A program made the translations under genes and the position numbers. Positions 52,417 to 63,866 of a stretch of 64,000 bases of DNA are shown piece by piece. Position 1 is the stretch's first letter. Each line of letters opens with the position of its first letter. The DNA is from Candidatus Saccharimonadales bacterium (GTDB taxonomy: Bacteria; Patescibacteriota; Saccharimonadia; Saccharimonadales; JAXHNE01): NCBI GenBank assembly GCA_041600755.1, contig JBFIJL010000003.1, positions 36,678-100,677 of the forward strand. The letters are read 5' to 3'. The notes under the pieces are model-generated. The model was not told the DNA's origin, ran no database searches, and saw only the letters and a program-made list of their open reading frames with translations.

Positions 52417-54852
52417 TTAAACGACAAAATTTATGAGCTTGCCAGGTACTACTATCTCTTTTTTGATACCCTTACCCTCAAGATGTTTGGCAACATTTTC
52501 GTCACCCCTTGCTGCATTCAGTAATTCTTCTTTGGAGGCATCTACATTCATCTGCATCGAAGCTCGAAGCTTGCCATTTACTTGCACAACAATAGTGATT
52601 GATGACTCAACCAGCTTTGACTCATCAACTACCGGCCAATGGTCTTTCTGTGCGCTATCACTATGTCCAAGATCCTGCCACAGCTCTTCAGCCAGATGAG
52701 GCGCAAAAGGCCCAACGCACATCACCATTGCCTCAAGTGCTTGCTGCCAAGTATCAGATTTTGCAAACCATGACTCTTTCAGCTTATACAAATCATTGAC
52801 GCACTTCATGAGCGTCGCAATCGCAGTATTATAGGTATTGGATTCAATGTCTTCTGTGACTTTCTTGATCATGCTATGGACTGCAAAATCTACGTCTTTT
52901 TGAGTTTTAGCGTCCTCGTTGCCGGCCCCTCGCTCGACATACTCTTGCACCAAAACATAAAGCCTATTCAGAAACCGATACGCACCCGGAACCCCGTCCG
53001 GATCCCATTTTGAATTGAACTCTAGAGGACTTGCAAACATCAAATATGTTCGCAGAGCATCGGCGCCGTAGCCACTATTGATAATCTCTAGCGGATCTAC
53101 GCCATTGCCTTTGCTTTTGCTGAACACGCTACCGTCGCTGGCGCGAACTTTACCGTTAAATACAAACTGCTTGAATGGTTCAGGGTCAGCAACCAACCCC
53201 TTCTTATAGAAAAATCGGGTAATGAACCTTGCGTAGAGCATATGTGCAGTTGCATGATCACCGCCATTATAAAAATCTATTGGCATCCACTTCTTAGCAC
53301 GCTCAGGGCTAAATGCGGATTGCTGATTGTGTGGATCGGTGTAGCGCAACATGTACCAGCTACTGCAAATATAAGTATCGAGTGTGTCGGTTTCGCGCTC
53401 GCCAGGCTTGCCACAGTTTGGGCAATCTGCTGCGAGCCAATCTTTGGCCCGAGCGAGTGCACTTCTGCCGTCGCCACTTGGTGCAAAATCTTCAAGTTCG
53501 GGCAGCACGACTGGCAATTGGTCATCAGGAACAAGCACCGGTCCACAATCTGGGCAATATATGATAGGCGTTGGAGCACCCCAGTATCGTTGACGAGTAA
53601 CCGACCAGTCGCGTAGCTTGTAATTGATTTTTGAAACCGCAGCACCATCATTAGACAAAAGAGCTATGATCTTTTTTGCGGCCTCAGCGGATTGCAAACC
53701 ACTGAATTCACCAGAATTTATCAGTTCACCCTTGCCACTACTAAGCTCATCGTCGCTTTTAATAACTTGCTGTATGTCAATATCGTACTTTTTAGCAAAC
53801 TCATTGTCGCGCTCATCGTGCGCCGGCACGGCCATAATTGCACCGGTTCCGTAACCGTCAAGCACATAGTCAGCGATCCAAATTGGTATCTTTTGGTTAT
53901 TTACTGGATTTACTGCGTAGCTACCAGTAAATACACCAGTCTTTTCTTTACTTGCTTGACGTTCAACTTCAGACTTTAGTGCTGCCTGTTTTTGGTAGAC
54001 TTCTACTTCCGCCCGGCTAGCACTGGTTACGACACTTTGTACATAATCGCTTTCTGGAGCCAACACCAAAAATGTCGCCCCAAATAATGTATCAATTCGA
54101 GTAGTGAAAACTTTCACCTCTGTGTCTTGATTTTCTACCTTAAAGGAAACTTCTGCGCCCTCGCTTCGGCCAATCCAATTCTTTTGTGAGACTTTTACGC
54201 TTTCTGTCCAATCCAAATCATCGATTGCCGCAAGCAGCTCATCTGCATAATCAGTAATCTTGAAGAACCACTGACTGACACCTCGTTTTTCTACAATCGG
54301 ATCATCCGCACCATCATGTCGCCAACACTTCCCTTCAACAATCTGCTCGTTGGCAAGTACGGTTTGGCAGCTATCGCACCACCACTGCTGTCGCTGCTCC
54401 TGGTACACCAGTCCTGCTCGGAACATTTCACTAAAAATCCACTGTGTCCATTTGTAATACTCGGGTTTATGCGTAGCAATTTCCTTTTCCCAGTCATTGC
54501 TCCAGCCCATCGCCTTATACTGCGTATGGTAGCTCGGGATGATCGTTCCCATAGACTCCTGAGGACTCACACCGGCTTTGATTGCATAATTTTCTGCCGG
54601 TAATCCAAAACTGTCCCAACCAATTGGATGATAACTTTCAAATCCTTGCTGTCGCTTGAACCGTGCCTTGACGTCGGAAATTGTGTAGTTCATTGCATGC
54701 CCGATGTGAATACCGGCACCACTTGGGTAATTAAACATACTCATGGCGATGTATTTTGGCTTGTCGCTTTCAAGGTCAGTCGTGTAGACGCCTGTTTCAT
54801 CCCAAATTTTCTGCCACTTGGGTTCACTCTCGTTTGGACTGTATCGTTTCAT
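52417..54852 (-). CDS. leuS: leucine--tRNA ligase
   Basis: HIGH motif (GIHIGHAMNY), KMSKS variant (FSKSKGN), CP1 editing domain and zinc-binding Cys clusters. ATG 54852 (MKRYSPNESEPKWQ) preferred. Confidence 0.95.
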   Translation of the reverse strand: MKRYSPNESEPKWQKIWDETGVYTTDLESDKPKYIAMSMFNYPSGAGIHIGHAMNYTISDVKARFKRQQGFESYHPIGWDSFGLPAENYAIKAGVSPQESMGTIIPSYHTQYKAMGWSNDWEKEIATHKPEYYKWTQWIFSEMFRAGLVYQEQRQQWWCDSCQTVLANEQIVEGKCWRHDGADDPIVEKRGVSQWFFKITDYADELLAAIDDLDWTESVKVSQKNWIGRSEGAEVSFKVENQDTEVKVFTTRIDTLFGATFLVLAPESDYVQSVVTSASRAEVEVYQKQAALKSEVERQASKEKTGVFTGSYAVNPVNNQKIPIWIADYVLDGYGTGAIMAVPAHDERDNEFAKKYDIDIQQVIKSDDELSSGKGELINSGEFSGLQSAEAAKKIIALLSNDGAAVSKINYKLRDWSVTRQRYWGAPTPIIYCPDCGPVLVPDDQLPVVLPELEDFAPSGDGRSALARAKDWLAADCPNCGKPGERETDTLDTYICSSWYMLRYTDPHNQQSAFSPERAKKWMPIDFYNGGDHATAHMLYARFITRFFYKKGLVADPEPFKQFVFNGKVRASDGSVFSKSKGNGVDPLEIINSGYGADALRTYLMFASPLEFNSKWDPDGVPGAYRFLNRLYVLVQEYVERGAGNEDAKTQKDVDFAVHSMIKKVTEDIESNTYNTAIATLMKCVNDLYKLKESWFAKSDTWQQALEAMVMCVGPFAPHLAEELWQDLGHSDSAQKDHWPVVDESKLVESSITIVVQVNGKLRASMQMNVDASKEELLNAARGDENVAKHLEGKGIKKEIVVPGKLINFVV

Positions 54853-54894
54853 ATCTGTTAATGCTACCGCAAACAACGGTCACTGACAACCTGA

Positions 54895-56199
54895 TTAGTC
54901 TGGAGAATTTGCGAAATTAAGAATTTTTGTAACGATTTCGTTGAACTTCCCATCGTCTGGTTCGAGCAAGGTCATACGGAAGCCCTGGGTTGTACTGTTA
55001 AACCCGGTACTAAGCGGCACGGTGCAAATACCAGTGCTGGCGAGTAGCTGGTAGCAGAAACGCTTGTCGTGCTCATGTGGCTGTACGGTTTTGAGCGCCT
55101 CGTCTAGCAAGACTTGGGCTTCAGGGTTTGCTGCTCGTGCAGACTCTGGCGGCACGAAGCCGTCGCAGAAAGTCACCGGAGCATAGAAAGCTCCTTTTGG
55201 CTCGACCAGCCTCAGACACTTAGATGAATTTATACTTTCGGTAAGTTGTCGAGCGCGACGATGATAATGTTTTTTTCTTGCTTCTAAATGTGGCTGATAT
55301 CGTTCGTCGGACAAAATGTCCGGAAGAGCAGATTGTGGAAGTGTCGTTGAGCAAACCTCGGTCATCTTGGCCTCTTCAATTGATTTTGCATATTTCTCAA
55401 ATGACTCGTCGACGTGAGTGTTGTAAAACTCCACCCAGCCGCATCGACTGCCCGGCCATGGAACTTCCTTAGAAAGTCCGCGCATAATCATCAACGGTAC
55501 ATGCTTAGCCAGCGACGCCAATGAAACAAACTGCACATCCTGGTCATACGATAAGTTCGCATAAATCTCGTCGGCGATCAAAAATAGATTAAACTCGTCG
55601 GCAATCGCAACAAACTGCTCAAGTACTTCACGCGGATACACCACACCTGTAGGATTGTCGGGATTGATAATCAATAGAGCGGCAATGTTTTCGTTAGCTA
55701 CCACCTTGGCTCGAATATCTTCCATGTTTGGTAGCCATCCATTATTGGGGTCAAGTTGATACGTCAGATGCTCTGAGCGCCCATGAGCGCCCTCAATCGA
55801 TGAATGAGTAGGATAGGCCGGATTGGGGCCCAATACACGAGCTTGAGGGTTCAGCCAGGTATAAACCTTACTGATCGCATCACCTAGTCCATTAAAAAAC
55901 AAAATATTTTCGGGTAATAAATTATTACCAGTCTCTTTGCTGCGTGTATCTGATAAGTATTGACGAGCCTCATTTAGGCCTTTAGTTGGTGAATATCCAA
56001 AAGATGCATTATCTTGAGATTTGGTAGCGACAATATCACGAATCCATTGCGGGACTTGCTCTCCTTTTGCAACGGGATCACCAATATTCTCCATAACAAT
56101 ATCCATGCCAGTAGATTGCAATTTGTTCGCAAACTCCACTATACCGCGTATTTCATACTTCAACTCACCCGCACCAGGATGAACAATATTCACTCTCAT
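54895..56199 (-). CDS. class I/II pyridoxal-phosphate aminotransferase (AlaA/alanine aminotransferase-like)
   Basis: 434 aa. PLP-lysine region GLSKEVPWPGSRCGW and the NPDNPTG motif. Confidence 0.8.
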   Translation of the reverse strand: MRVNIVHPGAGELKYEIRGIVEFANKLQSTGMDIVMENIGDPVAKGEQVPQWIRDIVATKSQDNASFGYSPTKGLNEARQYLSDTRSKETGNNLLPENILFFNGLGDAISKVYTWLNPQARVLGPNPAYPTHSSIEGAHGRSEHLTYQLDPNNGWLPNMEDIRAKVVANENIAALLIINPDNPTGVVYPREVLEQFVAIADEFNLFLIADEIYANLSYDQDVQFVSLASLAKHVPLMIMRGLSKEVPWPGSRCGWVEFYNTHVDESFEKYAKSIEEAKMTEVCSTTLPQSALPDILSDERYQPHLEARKKHYHRRARQLTESINSSKCLRLVEPKGAFYAPVTFCDGFVPPESARAANPEAQVLLDEALKTVQPHEHDKRFCYQLLASTGICTVPLSTGFNSTTQGFRMTLLEPDDGKFNEIVTKILNFANSPD

Positions 56200-56997
56200 C
56201 TAAGTCCTCTTCTGTTCTTGATTATTATTTGGAGTAAAGATATGTAGAACTTCCCCTGTCATTCTATCAAGAAACCTGTTGACTGGCTGTGTATAGATAA
56301 GTTCTTTACCCTCTACTTTGGAAATTTGCTCCTCATCCCTGCATTTTCCGTAGCGATCAATATTGAGTTCGTCAGGATCAAAATATGTCATATTTTCGTC
56401 ATCTAATCCGATACATAAAACCGAATGTTTTCCAATTTTTTCAGGAAATTCACTTGAAGGGATTTCAATGCTTACAATCGGAAAGGCCCCCCGCCGCAAT
56501 GACAAATTTAATGCCCCAAGCCATCCTTTACGATTCTCTCCACCATGATCTGATACTTCTTTTAAATATTCTTTTTCAAATTCACTTCTTATTCTTCCAA
56601 CATGTGTCATTTTTTTAACATCAGTATCTTCGAAAGTGTAATTGAGATTATGTGATATTGCGCTGAAGCCATTCAAGCGAACTAGGTCAGCGACACCAAT
56701 TGTACTCCATCCGTCGTCTACAAAATACAGCTGAGAATCCTTGACTTGCCCAGTAATCGATTCCGGACCAGGTCGCACCACAGTTTCATTTAGAAACTTG
56801 ACGTAACTCTCTAAACTTTGGAGAGACGGGATACTCGTACCGCTCATTTCCGCAATCACCTCAACGCAGTGAGCAGTACACGAACGATCAAGCACAAATT
56901 TTAAATGTTCCGGATCACTGCTGCTTTCAAGTAGTAATTTACCCAATGCTTGTTGATAATTTTGCGTGAACGTGAATGATTCTTGTAGATTTTTCAT
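56200..56997 (-). CDS. putative papain-fold cysteine peptidase (C39-like)
   Basis: 265 aa, no signal peptide. Candidate nucleophile context RSCTAHCVEVIAEMSG, and candidate His/Asp context KHSVLCIGLDDENMTYFDPD, which resembles C39 (CGxAC ... HfVVl.G.d....v.DP). ATG 56997 lies 5 nt after the murF-like stop. Confidence 0.4.
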   Translation of the reverse strand: MKNLQESFTFTQNYQQALGKLLLESSSDPEHLKFVLDRSCTAHCVEVIAEMSGTSIPSLQSLESYVKFLNETVVRPGPESITGQVKDSQLYFVDDGWSTIGVADLVRLNGFSAISHNLNYTFEDTDVKKMTHVGRIRSEFEKEYLKEVSDHGGENRKGWLGALNLSLRRGAFPIVSIEIPSSEFPEKIGKHSVLCIGLDDENMTYFDPDELNIDRYGKCRDEEQISKVEGKELIYTQPVNRFLDRMTGEVLHIFTPNNNQEQKRT

Positions 56998-57002
56998 AAT
57001 AA

Positions 57003-58277
57003 CTATTGTGTTAATGACTCGAATTGTTTGCGCTTTTCGGTAAGCCACGTGTCTGATTGTCGAACCAACTTCTTTTGATCGTGGACATTTTTCAAAAGTG
57101 GTTTAATGGCTTCTTCTGCGAAGACACCATTTTGCGAACCTTTCGCAAGTAGAACTGTTTTGCCCTCTATTTGTTCACGCAAATAGAGCCCCGCCGCATA
57201 AGGATTCATGAACTCTTTTGTCTCACAGCCAAGTTTTTTTGCCTCATCGGCTATATATTTCGCCTCCTTGCCAATAGTAACCAACAGGTCTACTTCCGCA
57301 GGATTACAAAGTTTACCTATTTCTCGATGTGAAGCTTCACTCACATCTCCAAGTTCGTTCATAGAACCAAGTACTGCAATTTTTTTAGAAGCCTTTAGCG
57401 ACTTCAGGAGTTCAAGAGCCATTCGCACTGCGTCTGGGCTTGAATTATATGTGTCGTCGATGATTGTTGAGTCTTTTATACCACTAAGCATCTGCAAGCG
57501 ACCTGGCGTATCCCTAGCCATCAACTCATCCATAATAGAGGCGATTGCATCGGGCCTAGTTACTTCCGCAAAACCAAGTACGCCGAGTGCAGCAGCAAGA
57601 CTATAGCGCCGCTGAAGTGGCAATAGTTCGTTTTTGTGACTGTACACTAATTGGTTTTGGACGTACAGTGTAGTTCTTGTGCCAAACAGTGAGGCCCTCA
57701 CATCGTCATCCTTTGAAGTGCCGTAAAATAGCGCACGTTTGGCTACTGCCTCTGGAATTAACGTCACATTACAGAGATCCCTGTTGATCAGAATCTGATT
57801 AGCGAACTGCGCCACTGATAGCTCTTCTGTTGCAACAGCTTCAATTGTCTTGAACTGTTCCATGTGCTCAGGTGCAATCCCCGTAACTACGGCGACATCT
57901 GCTCGCAAATAAGAAAATTCATTAATTTGACCAGGACCATCAGTTCCAAGCTCTAGCACGGCATACTGAAATAAGTATGATCCACGAATTGTCTGTTCAT
58001 TCTTCCAAAACAATTTTACCCACGCCAGCATATTTAAAACATTTCGGGGGGTTTCTTGTCCGAAGAGCACTAGCGGAACGGTGATGCGGTCGTTGTAGTT
58101 TCCGTCCTGAAATACTACATTGGCGATCTTTTCTAAACTATGCGCAATGGCCAGTTTTGTACTTGTCTTGCCGATACTCCCGACAACAACAATGGTTTTA
58201 TACTCATGAGCCTTCTGAAGACGCCGCACCTGCCATTCAAGAACGCCTGCTACAAGTGTTCTAAATATTTTTTTCAT
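57003..58277 (-). CDS. murF: Mur ligase family protein, MurF-like but lacking the usual N-terminal domain
   Basis: 424 aa. P-loop VVVGSIGKTSTK lies only about 30 aa from the N-terminus. Mur ligase C-domain motif DDTYNSSPDA. Confidence 0.7.
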   Translation of the reverse strand: MKKIFRTLVAGVLEWQVRRLQKAHEYKTIVVVGSIGKTSTKLAIAHSLEKIANVVFQDGNYNDRITVPLVLFGQETPRNVLNMLAWVKLFWKNEQTIRGSYLFQYAVLELGTDGPGQINEFSYLRADVAVVTGIAPEHMEQFKTIEAVATEELSVAQFANQILINRDLCNVTLIPEAVAKRALFYGTSKDDDVRASLFGTRTTLYVQNQLVYSHKNELLPLQRRYSLAAALGVLGFAEVTRPDAIASIMDELMARDTPGRLQMLSGIKDSTIIDDTYNSSPDAVRMALELLKSLKASKKIAVLGSMNELGDVSEASHREIGKLCNPAEVDLLVTIGKEAKYIADEAKKLGCETKEFMNPYAAGLYLREQIEGKTVLLAKGSQNGVFAEEAIKPLLKNVHDQKKLVRQSDTWLTEKRKQFESLTQ

Positions 58278-58306
58278 GCCGATAGCTTTTTGGGAGATTT
58301 ACCTTT

Positions 58307-59794
58307 CTATAGCTGAAAACTATTCAATAGTGAGTCTGAAAGCAATGATGACGACCCATCATCTACGTCGGTCGAATCATATAAGCCTGTAGAAGATGAC
58401 CCACCTCCAAGCAAAAACCCCATTAGTTCATTGACTGACTTAGCGTCACTTGGTGCTTCAACATTCAGTGGCTCATTCTGCGACTTAACAGTAAACTTGC
58501 TTTCGACTTTCATCGCTTCGTCTTTGTCTTCGTAGTTGAATGAAATCACTGCAGTGTCTTGATCGGTGTCAAGAGAAAGGCCGATGTTCATAGCCAGTGA
58601 TCCATCTGTGGTTGATAATTCAAATGGATAGACAGATCCGCCTTCGTATAACATTGATATATCTATTGTCTCACCGTCATCGGTCGTAGACCTGATATTT
58701 CTAATTGTCTTCGTTTGCATGTCCACCCAAACTTCTACGGTCTCATCTGTCGCTTCTGCTTCCCGCACGTCTTTGATGGCATCGTCAAAAGATTCGTCAT
58801 AGTTATCACCGGCAAGCTCCTTGACCTTAGTGTCCGCCAATCCTGCCTTGAGATCTTCAAGGTATTTTGCAAAGTTTTCTTGATTTGCTTTTACTTTGAA
58901 TTTAAATGAATTTCGACCTTCAAAGTCCTCTTTGCCAACTTCTTCTGCGACTTCAAAAACCCCATTCTCATCGCTAGCAAACAAATACTTTCGGTTTGCG
59001 TCACTGATTTTTTCAGTAATCTGCTTTAAATCTTCACTTGAGAGGTTTGGAATAGAGCTGTCTGCTGATTCTTGCTCAATAGATGACAGGGCCGTATCGA
59101 GAAGCGAGTGATCAACTACAATCCACTGATTCTCTACTGCATCAACAATCGGCCCATACTCCTCTGTGGAGCCAGAAAGCTCGGCCAAGCCCGACAGACC
59201 ACTCGCCTTGATGTACAAGTCAGGTGTTTTGGCATTTTCTTTTGTAATTCCTAGAAACTCAACTTCGTAGCGTGATCCCAAAAATCCAACATCCAAAGAA
59301 CCCTGCCCTTGCTTCTCGTAGGTCTTGAGTGTGATATTCCCGTCGCCGGAGGCTTCGGGGGTGCTAACGGCTATAGTGCCAGTTAGGTCAATTCCCTTGG
59401 CGCCTACTTGCTCATGGGCAAACTCAGAAAGGCCGTCGTAGCCTGCAGCAGTGTTGCTAAGGGCCTTAGACCAGATATTTTCAGGCTGATTTGGCACGAT
59501 ATACCCAAAATATGCTGCAGCGGAGCCGCCGAGCAGCAACATTACCACCAGCGCCACAATTAGTGCGAGGGGTTTCTTCTTGGGTTTTGGCTGAACTTGC
59601 ACTGGAGCAGGTCCACTCGGGCTTGGCTGGGCAACAGGTTCAACTGATGCAGGTGCTTGAGTTGGTGGCGTGCTTGGACTCGCTGGCTGTTGCGTATCTA
59701 CTGGCTGCTGTTGTGCCATAGCAGTACTTGGTGGAGGTGGAAGCGCTGCTCCATTCGGCTGTTCATTTGGCACAATTAAATTATTCTCATCCAT
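58307..59794 (-). CDS. hypothetical N-terminally anchored ectoprotein with Pro/Gln-rich cytoplasmic head
   Basis: ATG 59794 with a perfect SD GGAGGG (the track start at 59806 is TTG). About 75-aa P/Q/A-rich segment, one TM, then a roughly 400-aa acidic ectodomain. Confidence 0.5.
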   Translation of the reverse strand: MDENNLIVPNEQPNGAALPPPPSTAMAQQQPVDTQQPASPSTPPTQAPASVEPVAQPSPSGPAPVQVQPKPKKKPLALIVALVVMLLLGGSAAAYFGYIVPNQPENIWSKALSNTAAGYDGLSEFAHEQVGAKGIDLTGTIAVSTPEASGDGNITLKTYEKQGQGSLDVGFLGSRYEVEFLGITKENAKTPDLYIKASGLSGLAELSGSTEEYGPIVDAVENQWIVVDHSLLDTALSSIEQESADSSIPNLSSEDLKQITEKISDANRKYLFASDENGVFEVAEEVGKEDFEGRNSFKFKVKANQENFAKYLEDLKAGLADTKVKELAGDNYDESFDDAIKDVREAEATDETVEVWVDMQTKTIRNIRSTTDDGETIDISMLYEGGSVYPFELSTTDGSLAMNIGLSLDTDQDTAVISFNYEDKDEAMKVESKFTVKSQNEPLNVEAPSDAKSVNELMGFLLGGGSSSTGLYDSTDVDDGSSSLLSDSLLNSFQL

Positions 59795-59842
59795 GTTTCC
59801 CTCCAATACTAATTAAGCTTAGTATACCTTAAGGAATAACAG

Positions 59843-60718
59843 TTAACGAATTGTTTGTAGTTTTTGTTGTAGTTCAGAAATGCTAATTGTTTCGTCTGGG
59901 AAAAGTATCTCTTTTACGGCACCGTATGCGCTATACGTCTCTTCACGAGATCCGTCAGCGAAACTTACACTCACTAGCTGACCTGAAAGAATATCAATAC
60001 TCATCGTCACTTGAATATCTGGACTGTCCTTAAACTGGGCTGGATCTATACCTTCAAGTTGAGCAGAGTTTACGTATGCAGCAAACTTTATGAGCATTTC
60101 CACATACTTGGCTGGCTCAATATTGGCTTCATATACATATACTTTTCGACCTTGTTCTGTCGTTTGTTTCTGAACGGTCTCGTAGTCAATTCCATATACA
60201 TCGTTTTCAACAACAAAAGACACAGTGTCCGCGCGCGATTCCGCATCTAATCGACCGAAAGGAACGATACCAAGTGTCGCTTCGCCAAAAAGCTCTCCAG
60301 AACGAATTGTTGGGTCGCCATTTACTGACTCCCCCCATTGACCAAGTACTGAGTCAAAATTCAATTCGTTCCCCTCTGCACCTAGTTGCGATGTGGATAT
60401 GGCACTATAGCGAATGTAATCACTCGTAGGAGTTCCCAAGCTCTCTGTCTCTATGACTGTGTCGCCTGCTGCTTGAGATATATTGGTGTTACCTGAGATA
60501 ACATTCACAGCGCCAGTTTGAGCCTGTACGGTCTGAACGACCCTTGAGCCCGAATCCTGGACCATCGTGCGCGATGCACCAAAAGATGACAAGTTAGACT
60601 GAAGCATGCGCTCAAAAACAATTTGGGGTGTATTGTACCGATTAATGAAAAAGATAAGCCCAGCACCTAGCAGCAATATGACTGCTGTTATTCCTATAAT
60701 TCCAGTTGTTCGTTTCAT
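59843..60718 (-). CDS. hypothetical N-terminally anchored ectoprotein
   Basis: 291 aa. One N-terminal TM (IIGITAVILLLGAGLIFFI) followed by a soluble domain. No motif recognised. Confidence 0.5.
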   Translation of the reverse strand: MKRTTGIIGITAVILLLGAGLIFFINRYNTPQIVFERMLQSNLSSFGASRTMVQDSGSRVVQTVQAQTGAVNVISGNTNISQAAGDTVIETESLGTPTSDYIRYSAISTSQLGAEGNELNFDSVLGQWGESVNGDPTIRSGELFGEATLGIVPFGRLDAESRADTVSFVVENDVYGIDYETVQKQTTEQGRKVYVYEANIEPAKYVEMLIKFAAYVNSAQLEGIDPAQFKDSPDIQVTMSIDILSGQLVSVSFADGSREETYSAYGAVKEILFPDETISISELQQKLQTIR

Positions 60719-60769
60719 AGTTCCTCATAATAGCAGAGTTGTAATAAAACACTGCACTTCTTGATCGTA

Positions 60770-60846
60770 TGGTGGAGCATAAGGGATTCGAACCCTTGAC
60801 CTCTTCCATGCCATGGAAGCGCGCTAGCCAACTGCGCCAATGCCCC
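60770..60846 (-). tRNA. tRNA-Ala (anticodon GGC), CCA encoded
   Basis: Manual cloverleaf: acceptor GGGGCAT/ATGCTCC with the G3:U70 alanine identity pair, D-arm GCGC-AGTTGGCTA-GCGC, anticodon arm CTTCC-ATGGCAT-GGAAG, T-arm AAGGG-TTCGAAT-CCCTT, ACCA. Confidence 0.9.
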
Positions 60847-60884
60847 TTAACTTTCAAAAGTATAGCCATCTAAATGCCAGTTGT

Positions 60885-62876
<1,992 letters not shown>

Positions 62877-63866
62877 CTACAGTAGCTTTCTATACAACTC
62901 GTACATGTAGGCGTGTGCAAGAATTAATGCGGCAACAGTCAACACAAAGAACACTGCCTCGGCAATTACAGTGGCGTAAATAATAATAGGTAGCATGATT
63001 GCAACCAGCAATAACAAGAGACCTAATGGCAAAAACAAAACCTTTCGGGCAACCATAGCTCTACGATGGAGCACCAATTGCCTAGCCGACCTTAAGGCCT
63101 GCATCGGTGTTATATTTGGTAAAGTTACTATATATAGTGCAAAGACTGATGAAGAAATCATATACAAAGATAGCAGCCCCGAAAACATAAAAACTAGCAG
63201 CCATAAAATCTTCTCTAGCATGGTAACCGCAATTCCATTGGAGACAACGATACTGTATAGAGCATTACCCAGCACTAGCGGAAGTAACTGCAACATCACA
63301 ACGCACATCACCAGCAAGAAAGGCACTAATGGGTACAGTCCATTGTAGTAGGCTTCCTTAAACTTAGGTCGAGCTTTTCCATGTGTTTGTCTCAGCGCCC
63401 AAACAATCACCAAGCTGCCAATGAGCAACAAAACAGATGCATACAAATTTGCAACATCGGTCGATCCACTATTGGTACTAGTAACCAAAACCCCAACAAG
63501 CGTCAAACTAGAATATACGCCAGTCAATAGCGACGAATCGCCAGCAAATAATTCCTGCACAATATCTTTAGTCTCGGCAAAATTACCCGTAAATATACCA
63601 AATCCTTTAACAAAAATCAGTGAGAGTAAAAGCTGCGTGAGTAAAATCCCAAAAAACAACCGTTTGTGTCTAAAGATGTGCCTGACTGATGCAGCGAACA
63701 GCTTTCTAGCCCTGGGTAGCGCTTTGGCATCGTGACGTATGCGCTTGCTTAACCGAAACGACTTATACTGAGGCTTGTCGATTTTTCGAACCGGCTTATT
63801 CTTGGCAGCCTTAGCAGGAGTAGCTGTTTTTGCACTGGTACTCTTAGTTGTCGACTTCACTGCCAC
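62877..63866 (-). CDS. hypothetical polytopic membrane protein with basic N-terminal tail
   Basis: 329 aa. GTG start overlaps the htpX stop (TAGTG). Lys/Ala/Thr-rich N-terminus followed by about 6 TM helices. Confidence 0.5.
   Translation of the reverse strand: MAVKSTTKSTSAKTATPAKAAKNKPVRKIDKPQYKSFRLSKRIRHDAKALPRARKLFAASVRHIFRHKRLFFGILLTQLLLSLIFVKGFGIFTGNFAETKDIVQELFAGDSSLLTGVYSSLTLVGVLVTSTNSGSTDVANLYASVLLLIGSLVIVWALRQTHGKARPKFKEAYYNGLYPLVPFLLVMCVVMLQLLPLVLGNALYSIVVSNGIAVTMLEKILWLLVFMFSGLLSLYMISSSVFALYIVTLPNITPMQALRSARQLVLHRRAMVARKVLFLPLGLLLLLVAIMLPIIIYATVIAEAVFFVLTVAALILAHAYMYELYRKLL

Noticed and set aside
52417-54894. T-box or other riboswitch leaders upstream of leuS and pheS
   Set aside because: The upstream intergenic spaces are only about 42 nt (leuS) and about 57 nt (pheS), far too short for a T-box or similar leader.
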